DNA of 64,000 bases from the NCBI RefSeq assembly GCF_009914755.1, contig NC_060947.1. One strand, written 5' to 3'. Source of the stretch: the human T2T-CHM13v2.0 reference genome, Homo sapiens. Of the stretch, positions 39,153 to 61,159 are shown one piece after another. Below the pieces are notes generated by a model, which was given only the letters and a program-made list of their open reading frames with translations, had not been told where the DNA came from and did no database searches. Both the position numbers and the translations under genes were made by a program. Position 1 is the stretch's first letter; each line of letters opens with the position of its first letter.

Positions 39153-42100
39153 CTTGATAATCACTAATGGGAGACATTTCTAATGAGATCAAAGTTGAGC
39201 TGGGTCTTTCACAGCATATAGACTTCCGAAGTATAATTTTAGTTGAAGGATATTTTAGACAAACATCTTTGGGCCAGGTAATAGTAGGTATGAAGAGTAA
39301 GGGGAAGCAACACCTCAGAGAGATCCAATTTGATAACTGAAGATTGAGTATATGTTTACAAGTGAGACAGCGAGCAACAATATTCCAGGAAGAAGAAAAA
39401 TATATACAGACCAGGGGAAGGGGAAGGGAGCTTGTTTCATTCAAAGAACTTCTAGTACCACAGTGTTTTATAAGGGCATGGCAGAGGTGATGAGTGCCTG
39501 AATGAGAGAAGTCTGTGAAGTCAAAACCTGAGGTTGCAGTAATGAAGATGGAGAAAGAATAAAGGTATAAGACAACTAGAGTATAGAATCGCAAGGAATT
39601 CATGACCAATTAAACTAGAAACAATGAAAAGGTGAGGTTCAGAAAGGAATCTATGATTATTCATGGATATTTTAATATGATAGTTTGTAAATAATTAGGT
39701 CTTGCCAGAGAAAATACAAGGAAAAGCTAGTCTTTAAGTGCATGTGGCAGGTCTGGGAGGGGCGGGGCGATGGAGTTTGGGTAGGAAACTAATTTGCAGA
39801 GGTTAAAACTGTCTACTGATAATGGCGAATTGGGTTATATACACATTCTTTGTCAATGAGGGAACTTTAAAAAGCTTTAAAACATCAGAGGCAACAAGAC
39901 AATGAAGAATTATCAGGCTCAGATTTATGAGTTGAGAAAAACCCAATAAAATAAGCCCGCTAAGTTGGGGTATTTGTGCTCTGGCATTATTTGCTCATGC
40001 TTAAGTGACCATCTGAGAATCCATATTGCACTTTAGATAGCTATAGGGAGATAAAGGGACAATGCAAGCCTGGGACCTTCTGGAGATCTTGGTAAATGGT
40101 TAATTCTGTTTTGTGATTGTTTATATTGTGGCTGATTGGGAATTTTTAGAGACTAAGAAGAAAAAGCCAACGGAGAAAAAATGATTGAAGATAGAAAAGA
40201 CAAAAGAAAAAGTGCCTTTGAAGAATTTTTAAAAAATAAGTTTAAACCTCAACGTATCTAATTGTGTTTTCATTATCTTGTCATTTAAAAAGAACATTTT
40301 CTATCAGTTTGCTTCTTGGCACCCTAATGGAGCATGTCACATGTCACCTCAGGTGCACTCACTTGACCTTGGTTGGTACCACTGTTATGTATTAAGAATA
40401 TACCTTAGATCTCCAAGCATCCTTGCCATTGGACTTCTTCTCTGTTCACCCAAGGCATCATTTGGACCTTTTTCTAACTACCTGATACAATTTCCTACAC
40501 TGTGGATATCATTTGTTTCTCCAGTTCTCACCCTAAATTGTGAACCCAGAAGTAAAAAGTAATGCCTTATTTTTCCTTATAAAACAATACCTGGAAAAAA
40601 GTAGACGCTCTATAAATGAGATTTGAGGTATACAGCAAATAAGAACATAGGAAATGGGATACACTTAATAGACACTTTTACCAAAGAGTTATAAAATGAT
40701 ATTTTGAATAATAAGAAACTAATATTTTGCCTAGAGTTTTATCTGCAGTAATACAATCTAGTTAGTATATACAACGACAACATTTTATCCAACATATATT
40801 TTTAGTTACCTCTAGATGGTGATTAGGGTATTTTTTGCATTATCTTTTTTTTTTTCCACAGACACTTCCAAAATTACTACTATATAACTACACACACATA
40901 GATCTACACACATATACACACACATAACTTTATATATATGTTACTACATGAGATAATCTATAGTATTATAGTAATATATTACTATAAGTATGTATATAAT
41001 ACATCATGTATATATAACTTACACAATGAATTTAAAGGAAGTATCTGAAAATTTAATATATCTGCATTTTAAAAAGTAATCACAAAGGGAAACTTTTTTG
41101 CTTCTCTTCATACAATTTTTCACAGTTTCCTTTCTTTAAAATTAAAAAGAAATGCTGACTTTTTTTCCAAATGGAATTCTATGTTAATTTTAGATTACAA
41201 TTTCTCTCTTAGCCTGTTTGAGTCTCATCAGAAAGCAGTCAGAGAGAACCAAGCTACAGTTGACATACCATAGCAGTTAGCCAATTTTGTATGTTTTTAA
41301 TTATTGCCCTTTTAAAATGACTGTGTAGGCAAACCTCATTTTGTAGATAATACTATGTTCTACCATTCATATATACTGATTACAATGATGGTGATAATGC
41401 AAAATGGGGAGGAGGAAAAGGAGAAGGAAGAACAAAGGAAGAATGAAATCCTTCACAATTATCAGGCTATTTTTAAGCCACAAATGTCTTTACCAAAATT
41501 TTTGTCCACAAAAAATAAACCATCTGTGAATTGCCTCTACAATGAAGGTGTAAAGAGGGTAACTTTTGGACTTTAAAGTGTCGAGACCTAATTCTAAGCT
41601 TCATCATTTTCCACAGCCAAATTATGTATTTCTTATACCCCAGTAGCATCATTAAAACATAGAATGTCTGTTAGTATTTGTGAAAATTAAATTAAACAAT
41701 CCACTTCAAGATTACATAGCACAGAGTAAGCATTCAGAAATTAGGACCTCTTCTTATCACTGGCTGCATTCTCCTTTAAGTAATACCCTTCTCTTTATGG
41801 TGCTACTCTCAATACTGATGGTGCTTAGGCATTTTGATTTCATCACTTCATTTGGATGTCCATTTAAGCAAAGCTAAAACACAGTGATCATTTCTTTAAG
41901 CCTGTAGCTATGTGAACTTTGATGACATAATTGTTCCTTGATGAATATAAGTAACCTTTGATGCTGAGAATAGGTCATGTTTATTTCCTAATGGAACAAA
42001 ATATAATGTTCATTTGATAACACGTTTTCTGTGACTGCCATTATAGTTCTTTCGTTGCTTCTATAAACAGTGGAATTTAGCACCAACAATTAGATGATAG

Positions 42101-42996
42101 GTGACAGTAACATCACCCCTGTACAAATCTAAAGCAAATGCAGAAAATGGTATCATACAAAGAGTACATTAACTAACCTGCTTGCAGAAGTGAATAGTCA
42201 AGAAATATGATGTAAGGAGAGTTTAACACCAATTCTTACTATTATTATATTATGTGAAATAAATTACTTTCAAGGCACCACTGTTGCTTCCCTGCTGTAT
42301 GGAAAAGTAACCATTTTACTTAATCAGTATTCACTAAATCTGGAACCAAAAAAATGGGCCTTCCATGGCCCATTTAAATTTGTTCATTGTCTATACTCTG
42401 CACTCCATGGATAAAATCCTAAGTATATTCTACAACATTTTAATTCACTTACAGAAAAAAATAATATCCTCTGGTCATTTTAGTGTCAAAAACATCCCTC
42501 ATGTCAGTGACTAAAATTTCTAGTTGCTAAATAATGATAAAACTCAAATATTTATTTAAAAGTGTAGCTTCTCTGTCTATTCTGCAACTCAGCAACTCCA
42601 CCCCTACATACATACTTAGGAAAAATGAATGCGTATTTTCACCAGGATATATATACCACAATGTGCACAGACACTTTATACAAAGTAGTCCCAAACAGGA
42701 TATAATGCAAATTCCAAGCAACAATAGAATAGATAAATATTCGTATGAGTATTCTATTCATGCAGTAGAATACTAGGCACAAACAGCAAAATGTAAACTG
42801 ACTCTACAAACAACTTCAAAGATACTACTCTCAGAAAAGCTGGACACAAAAGAATATATAAGTCCAGTTTAAAAAAGCTATTTAAAAATAGTTTCTTAGC
42901 AAAATATATATTTAACATATATAAGAGAACATTTGCAATGCCTTTGGGACCACATATATACACATTCCCAATTATATCACCCTGCTTCCTCCTAGG

Positions 42997-43048
<52 letters not shown>
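42997..43048. repeat. (CA)n microsatellite
   Basis: Seen directly. Confidence 0.95.
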
Positions 43049-43162
43049 TATCAAAAATTCAGTGATAACATTCTTTTGTTTATCTAAGTAATATTATTGT
43101 ATTTATATACTGTGAGTCCTTTAAAACATGATACAAATAAATAGTACAAAACTAACAAATAA

Positions 43163-49650
<6,488 letters not shown>

Positions 49651-49964
49651 GTCTAAAAATAAATAAACATATTATATTTTATTTAAAAAAAAACGACCCA
49701 GTGTTCATTTTGCTACAAAACGAGAGTCCACTTAAGAAGAGAGAGATTAGAGAACAGGCAGATCAAATTGTTCTCTCAAGAAATTAGAAGTGTGTCTGTG
49801 TGTGTGTGCGCACGAGCGCACATGTGTGTGCGTGCATGCACACCTGTACACATGTGCCTGTGGTGATTACTATTCACCATTTCTTTGGTTCACCTTCTAT
49901 TTTCCCAGCTCAAACCCTGTATTCATGTTTTTCCTAGTTTTGGATGTCTTTTCCCTACACTTAC

Positions 49965-50400
49965 CTGTCTTTGAAAACCCACATAAAGAGTCATCCCTGT
50001 GTGAAAGTTTCCTGGGAGCTTTTTGTTTGTAACAAGCTCTAGTACCTGCAGCAAGTAGGTATTCAAAATTGTTTGCATAATAAATAAGAGAAACATCACA
50101 GGTAGGAGTAATCATGCTCTTTCTTTTGGTTCTTCATTAGATATTACAAATATACTTGATCCAATTAGTGGCATACTTATTGTAGCTGAAATTAAACTAT
50201 TTGAAGAAACAAGGTCCACTTTTGATGTATGTTTGATATTTATTTGATATTTTAATAAAGAAATTATCATCCCAAATCTGATTTTTATTTAAGTGGTGAT
50301 ATGTGTTCTTTTTAAAAACTTACCTGTCTGTAGAACAAAGAGCTATACATCAATAATCTCTAAAGTCCTTGGTTGTAATGAGAAACAAAAGATCATATAA
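49965..50400 (-). pseudogene. Two candidate decayed exons (50324-50400, 49965-50185)
   Basis: Near-consensus sites ccctttacag|...CAG|GTAAGT and aatttcag|...CAG|GTAAGT; the best frame has one stop per exon. Confidence 0.4.
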
Positions 50401-50539
50401 CTGTAAAGGGACTGGAACAGTGTCTGTTGCTCTTGTTTTTGTGGTTTTCCTATTCTAGCTATAATATTCCAAGATCTGTTATTCATTGTATAAATTACAT
50501 ATTTTTGTATTTTACTTTCAAGGTCAATATGTATTAGAC

Positions 50540-50800
50540 ATGATGGAATAATAGAACTAGCTTAGAAAAAGACCTGTCTAGTTCAAATTCCATTTGAGCC
50601 ACTCACTAGCAATATGACTTTGGGCAAGTTGCTCAAGTACGCTGAACCTCTGTGCCCAATCGATAAAATTGAAGTATTGATAATTACTTTTAAGGGGATT
50701 AAATATTATATACACACACACACATATATATATAATATATATTATATATATACACACATACATACATATCACATAGAAATGTGCTAAGCACTTAGATTTT
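50540..50800 (+). mobile_element. MIR with internal (TA/CA)n
   Basis: agacctgtctagttcaaattcc...tgactttgggcaagttgct...aacctctgtg. Confidence 0.7.
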
Positions 50801-51208
50801 TAATTACAGGTAACTGATTGTAACTAATTATATTATTCAAATGTATAAATATATTCCATCTTTAACAGCAAAGGATATGTTAACACAGATATATAAAATA
50901 GAATAGATTTTAATTTCCTAATTATAAAACCCAGGAGATTGATTAAATAACTTATATATACTGATACAATAAAATCATAATTATTAAAAATGTAGGTTTA
51001 GCAGTATATTTTATAATGTGGAAATTTTAACAATGGATCACTGACACAAAAAAACTTACAATGTAGGAATTATAATAATGATTCTAATTTTAAAATTTTA
51101 TATGTTTTTATATATCTATATTTATGTTTGTGTGTGTATATATGATTGGATATATATGGATTTGTATATATACCCATATTGTCGAAGATATATATATATA
51201 TATATAAT

Positions 51209-51638
51209 CGATAGCGACAGGAGGCAGCCAGATGCCTAGGCAGATAGGAGTGGGTACCAGGTGAAACCCCTCCTCAAAGCTGAAGACAGTTTAAAGCCTG
51301 AAAGCCAAGCTGCAAGTTAAATCCTTGGACTGGATTCTATACCTGCCCTTTCCTAATTGGTTTTCTAAACTGTCATACCCACCATTGAGTGGTATCTTCA
51401 CTTTAACCTTTTTTGCATACTCACAAACCAATCAGCATGCACACCCCATCCTGTGCATATAAAGACCCCAGACTCAGTCGGTAGAGAGAAGATGGCCTGA
51501 CTTTGGGGAAGAGACAATGAGACTTTGGGGAAGACGACCTGCCCTTCTTGTCCCCTCTTCAGCTCCCCTCTCTGGTGAGAGCTGTTTTCATTGCTCAATA
51601 AAATTCTCCACCCTCACCATCAAAAAAAAAAAAAAAAA
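51209..51638 (+). mobile_element. ERV1-class LTR (LTR27/28/MER61-like) ending in poly(A)
   Basis: gatagcgacaggaggcagcc start, CCAAT and TATA-like catataaa, AATAAA at 51597-51602 then A17 at 51622-51638. Confidence 0.7.
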
Positions 51639-53711
51639 CCTAACAAATAACCAGATCCATGTAGCTATCCAAACAGAACACAGCTGTATAAACATCACTC
51701 AGATGGAGAATGAAACACTGTCAGATTTCCAGAATAAAGGAGGGAAATCCTTTTTGCTACCTCCCATCCTTATGCTTTTCCTTTTTCTCATAATTAACCA
51801 CTACTCTGACTTCTAACATTATGAACTGATTTCACTTGTTCTAAAGGAAAGGAATTAACAGAATAACATCAGGCCTGTAACTATTTTTTCTCTACCTGGA
51901 ATGCCAGGTAGGAGTAAATGACTTCCTTGTAAAAGTGCTAATGACATTGATGATAACTCCTTGTAAACAAGAATAGTCACTGTTTTACCAGAGCATAACT
52001 TGTCTGTCTAGGTTGTTTAAATAAACCTGGAAAGGCAGACTTCAGGAGTGGATATATGAGGATCCAGTTGGATACAACTCCCTGTGAAGCAATTATTTAA
52101 CCAGTGAATATTATATTTTAAAAACATTTAAAGTATCTGGAAATTAATCTAAGGGCATATAGAAAATGAAGAAACAATACTCAATGAAATCTGAATCTTG
52201 GAAAGGACAGCAAGGGTCTGTGCTGTCTGAGCTACGATGTGCTCTTCTGCACTCTGCTCCCAGCTCCCTACTACAAAATCTCTACTGCAGAAAGTGTGGC
52301 CAAGAATACAATCACTCCCTCTCTGCCCAGCATCTAAAGTAGGGCTCCAATTTCACTGTAGAAGGAAAGGCTGCCTAGGACTTTCATTCACCTGCTCCTC
52401 TATAAGCTCCCTGTTGAAGAAGCTCCATTGCAGGAAAGCACAGTCAAGATAACTGCAGTATATTTCCTTCACCCAGACCCCACTTTAGGACATCAGCTCT
52501 GCCTCAGGAGCAAGACTGCTGATCCTGGGCCCTGATAATTTCCTTCCCACTGTCTGGCTTTTTGGGCAGATGCTGTGTGATGGGGAAGGAAAATCAAGAA
52601 GACTAGCTGCTACCACCTTCCCCAACCAGTGCCCACTCATAGACCAGAAATATCACTCTGGGAGATGTAGGTTTATATTCCCTGCCTGAGCTAAGATGTA
52701 GTAGTGGTAAAGTTTTGCCTTGGGGAAAAGCAGGCTGTGAGGATTAGTATCTTAGCAGCTCTGCCTGAGAATACTGCTTTTATTTGGGACAGAACTTGGA
52801 GAGTTCATGCTTAAGGGCTTCAAAAACTGGCAATATTGGTGGTGACTTATTAAGAAGGGGCTGGTGGCCTCATGGAAGTAGTAGCAACAACGGAGATAGA
52901 AGAATAGCCAGAAATTTAACAGAAAGAACCAGAAAAAGACATAGCAATGAAGGGCCCCTTTTGGGATCACACTTATCCCAGGGGGTCCAGAAGGTTATTT
53001 GCGTGCAGTAGGCTGCATCTACTCAGAAGTTATTAGAGTAGGATGTTGAGGAGAAAGTGTTCAAAAATCACAAGTGGATCCATTGGCAAAGGGCAGAGCG
53101 TTAATGGCTCAAGGTACTAAACATAATCTCTGACCAATCACTGGCTGAATAATAAGTTATGTTGACACTGGGTGACTCCAATGAAGCCAGGCTTAAAAAT
53201 AAAATCACACTCAGTCTGTTCTTTCCAATGGTAAAATAAACCATAAAACTTTGAACTTAGAACCATGAAAGCAGTCTAGAAGCCACAAACAGATCCAAAG
53301 TTAAAGGCTGAACATCTTTCTGCTTCAGGGGCTTAAGTGCACCCTTTGACCAATAAGTGCCCTATGCTGACCAAGGGAGGACCCCTAGGAAGCCAAGCTA
53401 AAAGATAAAAACATGGAGAAAATCTGAGCAAGGATATCAGAAGCTACACACTGCAGTGGAAACAGACCTCAGAAAATTAGTCCACTGAAGTCACTAATCA
53501 AACACCAAGAAGTCTGTATGGGGATCAGTGTACAGATTTCCTAAGTTATATTGCCAAATATGCCCAGTTTTTAACAATGAGACATATAAAGAAACAGGAA
53601 AGTGACACATACACAGGATGAAAGGCAAGCAATAGAAACTGTCTTTGGGGGAAAGCACATGTTGACCTAGCAGAAAAAGAATTCAAAACAGCTATTATAA
53701 ATATGTTCAAG

Positions 53712-53742
<31 letters not shown>

Positions 53743-53864
53743 GCATGTTTAAAGAATAAAAGGAATACTCATTAAACATCCCCCCAGTTCCCACCTCCAC
53801 CCGCCACTACCCTTCCCAGCCTCTGGTAACCCTCCTACTCCCTATCGCCATGAGTTTAATTGTT

Positions 53865-54460
53865 TCCAGTTTCATCCATGTCCCTACAAAGGACATGAAC
53901 TCATCATTTTTTATGACTGCATAGTATTCCATGGTGTATATGCACCACATTTTCTTAATCCAGTCTATTGTTGTGGACATTCAGGTTGGTTCCAAGTCTT
54001 TGCTATTGTGAATAGTGCCGCAATAAACATATGTATGCATGTGTCTGTATAGCAGCATGATTTATAATCCTTTGGGTATATACCCAGTAATGGGATGGCT
54101 GGGTCAAATGGTATTTCTAGTTCTAGATCCCTGAGGAATCGCCACACTGACTTCCACAATGGTTGAACTAGTTTACAGTCCCATCAACAGTGTAAAAGTG
54201 TTCCTATTTCTCCACATCCTCTCCAGCACCTGTTGTTTCCTGACTTTTTAATGATCGCCATTCTAACTGGTGTGAGATGGTATCTCATTGTGGTTTTGAT
54301 TTTAAATGACGAGTGAATGGGTGTAGCACACCAACATGGCACATGTATACATATGTAACAAACCTGCACGTTGTGCACATGTACCCTAAAACTTAAAGTA
54401 TAATAATAAAATTTTAAAAAAAGAAATTAAAAAAAAGAAATAATAAAATTAAAAAAAAAG
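53865..54460 (+). mobile_element. Short 5'-inverted L1PA insertion
   Basis: Antisense ORF2 C-terminus 53865-54301 joined to sense 3' UTR (taaatgacgag...) and A-rich tail. Confidence 0.9.
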
Positions 54461-55220
54461 AATAAAGTGTCTGTAAACATTTATGTTCAGTTTTTGTATG
54501 AATGTGGGTTATCATTCCACTTGGGTAAATACTTACAAGTGGGATTATCTGGTTGTATATTAAGTGTAGGATTAACTTTATGATTAACTGCCAGGTTATT
54601 TTCCAAAAAAGGCTGTACATTTTGCATTTCAACTAACAAGGCAGGAGAGTTCCTGTTTGTCTATATCTTCAAAAGCACTCGACATTGTCAGTTTTCTGGT
54701 GTTTTGGCTTTTTTTCTTTTAATTTCTTTACATTTTAATCCTTCTTTTAGGTTTGTAGTGGTGTCTTGCCATTTAAGTTTCATTTGCTTAATGACAATGT
54801 TGTTAATTACTATCTGTATCTCTTCTTTGGTGAAATGTTTGTTGAAATCTTTTGCCCATTTTAAACTGTATTTTCTGTTTCCTTATTATTGAGTTATGAG
54901 GGTACTTTCTATGTGATTTGCAAATATTTTCTTGAACTACTTTAGTCCTTTTATTTTGTTTAACATTTTGAGCAACAAAAAAAGTAGTTTTAATCTCTGT
55001 CTACATTAAGGGCAAAATATGTTTTCCTAAAAGATTTATAGTTATCAGGTTTTGCATTTAGATCTATAATTCATTGAAGGTTTGTGTTTATGGTGTGAAT
55101 ATAATTTGTTTTATTTTTTACATGTGAATTTTCAATTATTCCAGTACCATTTAATTATTATTCTAGACTTTATCCATTGAATTGTCATCTTTGTCAAAAT
55201 AAATTAACTTTACATGTGTA
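54461..55220 (-). mobile_element. Old L1M antisense fragment
   Basis: aaatcttttgcccatttt, atttgcaaatattttc, ttccagtaccattt. Confidence 0.75.
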
Positions 55221-55437
55221 AGTTTAAAAAAAAAAAGAACAACCACATACAAAATGCCAGAAAGAGAGGCAAGAGAGAACAAGACAGAAAATATATTCAA
55301 AAGAGTAATAGCTGAAAACTTCCCATATTTGATGAAAAACATTAACCTATACATACAAGAAGTTCAATTAACTCCAAGGCGAATAAATTCAGGGAGATTC
55401 ACATTAAGAGACATCATAGTCAAAAAGTTGAATGCCA

Positions 55438-55789
<352 letters not shown>

Positions 55790-58700
55790 TCATCATGTAC
55801 AAGTGTACTTCAATAAGATCAACAGCTGACTTTCCATGAGAAACACTGTCAGAATGTGGTGGGACAGCATATTCAAAGTGCTGAAAGAAAAACAAGAAAA
55901 CAAAGTGACAAGCAAGATCTTTATACCTAGCAAAGCTATCTCAAAATGAAGCCAAAATTAAGACATCCTCAGATTAAAGAAAAAAATTGAAAGAATTTGT
56001 TGCTATGAATCTTGCAATATAAGAAATTGTAAAAGAAGTTCTTCAGCATGAAAGCAGTGACTAAATATCAATTAAAATCCATATGATACAAACAAAGATC
56101 TCCAGTAAAGGTAATGATGTAGGCAATAATAAACAAAGTATAATTACACACTGACATACCTTTCTGATCAAAACTCATTTAAAGAGCAATTGTATAAAAC
56201 AATATATATATATTATATTATATGTAATAAGACTATATATATATTATATATATATATAATTGTATTTTCTGGCATATAAAATATACAAATATAATGCAGT
56301 TGACCAAAAAATGCAAAGGAGAAAGTTGAGAGTGAAGCTATATTGGTGTAATGAGATGAAACCAGATGATAACACAAACTCATAAGAAGAAATGGCACAT
56401 AAGTTTATAATAAAATAAAATAAAATAAACACTATAAAATATATGCATTTTCTTTCCACTGTCTTCTTCAATAGATATATAATTATATGAAGAAATAATT
56501 ATAGCAATGTATTGTTTGGTATATAACATACATGGACATAATATGTATAAAAATAATAGCACATAAAAGTGTGCAGGAAAGGAGATATATAGAAACAAAG
56601 GTTCTATATCTTACAGGGATTAATTTATTATGCATCTGATATTGATTCTCATAAGTTCAGATTTATATTGAAAGAAAATAATCCAAAAATATGATAAAAT
56701 CATTGAGAAATTGAAATTGTAAATTAAAATAATATACACTTAATACAAATAAAATACTAAGGGAGAAACAGAGGAACAAAATAGTCATGAGCCATTTAGA
56801 AACAAACAAAAACAAAGTGGCAGATGTAAATCCAACCATATTACGAATATATGTGAATGAATTAACCCAAGCAAAAGGGAAATATTGTCAAGCTATATTT
56901 AAAAAAAGACCCATTCTATGCTGTCTACAGGAGATATGCATTAGTCTCAAAGATAAAAAGTTTGAAAATAAAATAATGGAAAAGATACACTATACAGAAA
57001 GCAACCATAACAGAGTCAGACTGGCTAGATTTGTATCAATAAAAATAAACACTGAGATAAAAATGTTACAAGATAGGTTATAAAATGGTCAATCACAAAG
57101 ATCTAACAATTCAACATATATACCCCTAATGACAGAGCCCCAAAAAATATCAAGCAAAAACTAATAGAAATGACCAGAGAAACTGAATTTCAACAATGAT
57201 AGTTGGAGACTTCAATACCTCTCTTTCAATAATGGATAGAAAAACTATGCACATAATCAAGAAGATACACAAGAACTAAAGAACATGAAAATCAACTAGA
57301 CCTAGAAGACACTGATAAAACATTCCATCTAACAAACAACATTATCACATTATTTGCAAGTACACATGGTATATTTTCCAGAATAGATCATTTATTAGGC
57401 CTTAAAACAAGGCCAAACAGATTTTAAAAGATTATAATAAAGCAAAATACATTTTCTGACCACCAAAGATTTAAATTAGAAAACAATAGAAGAAAGAAAA
57501 TAGAGAAATGTACAAACATGTAGAAGTGAAACCACATTCAATGAAAGGACCAATGTGTCAAAGAATAAATCACATGCGAAATTTGAAAATCTTTAAGATG
57601 AATGAAAACACAAAACACAGCAAAAATTATGAGATGCAGCTCAGTAAATAATTAGTGGGAAAATTATAGCTATAAACAACTATATTCAAAAAAATCTCAG
57701 ATAGGCTAACTATAAAATGAGAAAAATAACAAATTAAAACTAATATAAGCAAGAGATAGAAATAATAAAGACTGAAGCAGAAATAAAACAAACTGGAAAC
57801 ACAATCAAGAAAATCAATGGAAGCAAAGATTGATTCTTCTAAACGATCAACACAATTGATAAGCCCTTTGCTAGACTAACCATGAAAAAAAGGACAGACT
57901 AAAATAATTAACATAGGGAATTAAACAGACGACATCACTACCAAATTTGCACGCGTGAAAAAATGCTTATAAGGGACTACTATAAACAATTGTGTGCTAA
58001 ATAGACAAATTCCTAGAATGGCATAAGCTAATAAACTGACTCAAGAAATAGAAAATATGAATAGACCTATAACAAGTAAAGATACTAAATTCGTAATTTA
58101 AAAGCTTCCCAGAAGAGCCCAGATCCAAACGGTTTCACTGGAAAATTCTACAGAACATTTAAACAAGAATTAACAGCAATTCTTCATAAAATGTTCCAGA
58201 AAACTGAAGAGGAGGGAGTATTTCCCAACTCAGTATTGTATTGTAATGCCAGTATTATCCTGATGTCAAAACCAAGATATCACAAGTACAGATTAATATT
58301 TCTTATGAATGTAGATGCAACAATCCTCAAGAATATACTAGCAAACTGAATTGAGCAACATTTAAAAAGATTATACACTATGACTAAGTAGGATTATACC
58401 AGCAATGCAAGATATATTTACTATCCCCAAATCCCCCAAAGTAATATATCATATTAAGAGAATAGAACACAAAAACCACATGATTATTTTAAAATGTGCA
58501 GAAAAGTCATGACAATATCTAGCACACTTTCATGATAAGAAACAACAAACAACTAGGAATAAAAATGAAATTCCTCAACATGACAAAAGACATCAAAAAA
58601 AGCCTACAGCTAACATTACACTTGATGAAAGACTGAATGCTTTCCACCTACTATCAAAAACAAGACAAATATATGTCCACTCTAACCAATTCTGTTTAAT

Positions 58701-60619
58701 ATACTTTAGCAAGAAATAGGTATGTAAGATGTACAAATTGGAAAGGAAGAAGTAAAATTATCTCTATTTGTAGGTGACATGATACTGTATATATAGAAAA
58801 TCCTAAGAAATCCACTAAAAAACTATTATAACTACTAGTCAATTTAGTCAAGGTAGCAGGATACAAAAACATACACAAAATCATATTTCTATAAGTGTCA
58901 ATAAAAAAATTAATTTACAAAGGCATCAGAAGATACTAATTATTTAGAAATATATTCCAAAAATGCACAATTTATAGATTGTAAATCACAAAACACTATA
59001 GAAATAAATTATTAAATATCTAAATAAATGGGAATGGGAAAATAACCATGTACATGGATTCGAAGAATTAACATTTTTATGATAGATATACACCAATAGG
59101 TAAAGAACAGTATTTTCAACAAATGTTTGTGAGACAACAGGATATCTACAAGCAAAAGAAATAAGTTTAACCCTTACCTTACATCACACAGAAAAATTAA
59201 CTTAAGTGGATCACAGACCTAAGTATAAGGAGGAAAAAAGCTCTTGGAAGAAAGCATAGAAATAATTCTTCATAACCTTCATAATTGCTTAACCTAAGGT
59301 TAACCAATTAGTTATTAGATATGACAGCAAAAGCACAAGCAATAAGAGAGAAGATTGATACACTGCAATTCATCAAAATTGAAAATGTCTTTGCTTCAGA
59401 AGACATCATAAAGAAAACGAAAAGACAACTGCCCGAATGGGACACAATATTGTAAAATCATCTATCCGATAAAGGACTTGCATAGATAAAATATAAAGAG
59501 CTGTCTCAATAATAAATAGACAATCCAATGTTTTAAAAGTTAGCAAGGAATTCTAATAGACATTTCTCTTAAGAAGATATACAAATGGTAATCACATAAA
59601 AAGATGTTGAACATCATTAGTTCTTAGAGATCTGCATACCAAACCCAAAATGGCATAATAATTCATAACCACAAGAATCAGTATAACAAATAAGAGAGAT
59701 AGCAAGTGTTTGTGAGGATGTGGAGAAATTGGAATCCTCATATATTGTTCTTGGGAATGTAAAAAATGGTAGTTACTTTGAAATACAGTCTGGTAATTCC
59801 TTAAAAAGAGACAAAGAGTTACCATATGATGCACAATTTCCAATCCTAGTTGTCTACTCAAGATAACTAAAAAACATACAACCACAAAAATTATACCTGA
59901 TTATTCATAGCACTACTATTCATAATAGCAAAAAGTGGAGGAACCACAAATGCCCATAAACCGATGAATGGAAAAACAAACTGTAGGCTTTCCAAACAGT
60001 ACACTATATTTGTCATTTAAAAACCTCAAGTACTGATGTATTCTGAAGTTTGGATGAACCGCAAAAATATTAGACTGAAGTTCTTCCCTGGACAAAATAG
60101 CGTACACTTGTTTCTCCTTGTTCCTTTCCACTAGATACAACCCTAAACCATGGATATAATGCAAGAGACAACTAAAAAGGAACTCTGAACAGAGGAAGGC
60201 AAATTTGTATGCGGAAGGCAAACTAGAAGAACAACGCAACAAGGCATCTTATGACCCTCACCCAACAAAAAAGGGGACCTAGACCTAGTATTTCCCAACT
60301 CCTAACATACTAGCATAATTTGACTCGGATAGGTTAATTTCTCCCTTGGCTTCAACAATAATCCTGCCAAAGTAACTAGGGCAGCCAAGTAGAACCAGAA
60401 AGAGGGATGTTACTGGAAATACTGCTGACAATAAAGAGACAAAAAATGTACTAGCCTTCCCAACTAGGCCCAAGACCCTCCTCCAACTACTGCATGGGCA
60501 GGGAGCACTCAGAGATCATGAAACAACAACTTTGTAGAATTTTGTTCATATTCATTGGTATATGGTATTAATTTGTGTGATGTACTATGTTTTACTCATT
60601 CTTAGAGATGGTGGTTTAA

Positions 60620-60993
<374 letters not shown>

Positions 60994-61159
60994 TGGCACA
61001 TGTTAATTTTGAGGATGATTATATGTCAGAGTAGAATTACTGTGTCATGTTGTACGTGTATATTCAGCTTAATAGAACCTGCCAGAACTTTGCCAGAGTC
61101 CTGACTCCAATTTCTCCTCCAACAAACAATGTGTGAGAGTTTCTCACAGACATAAGGTA

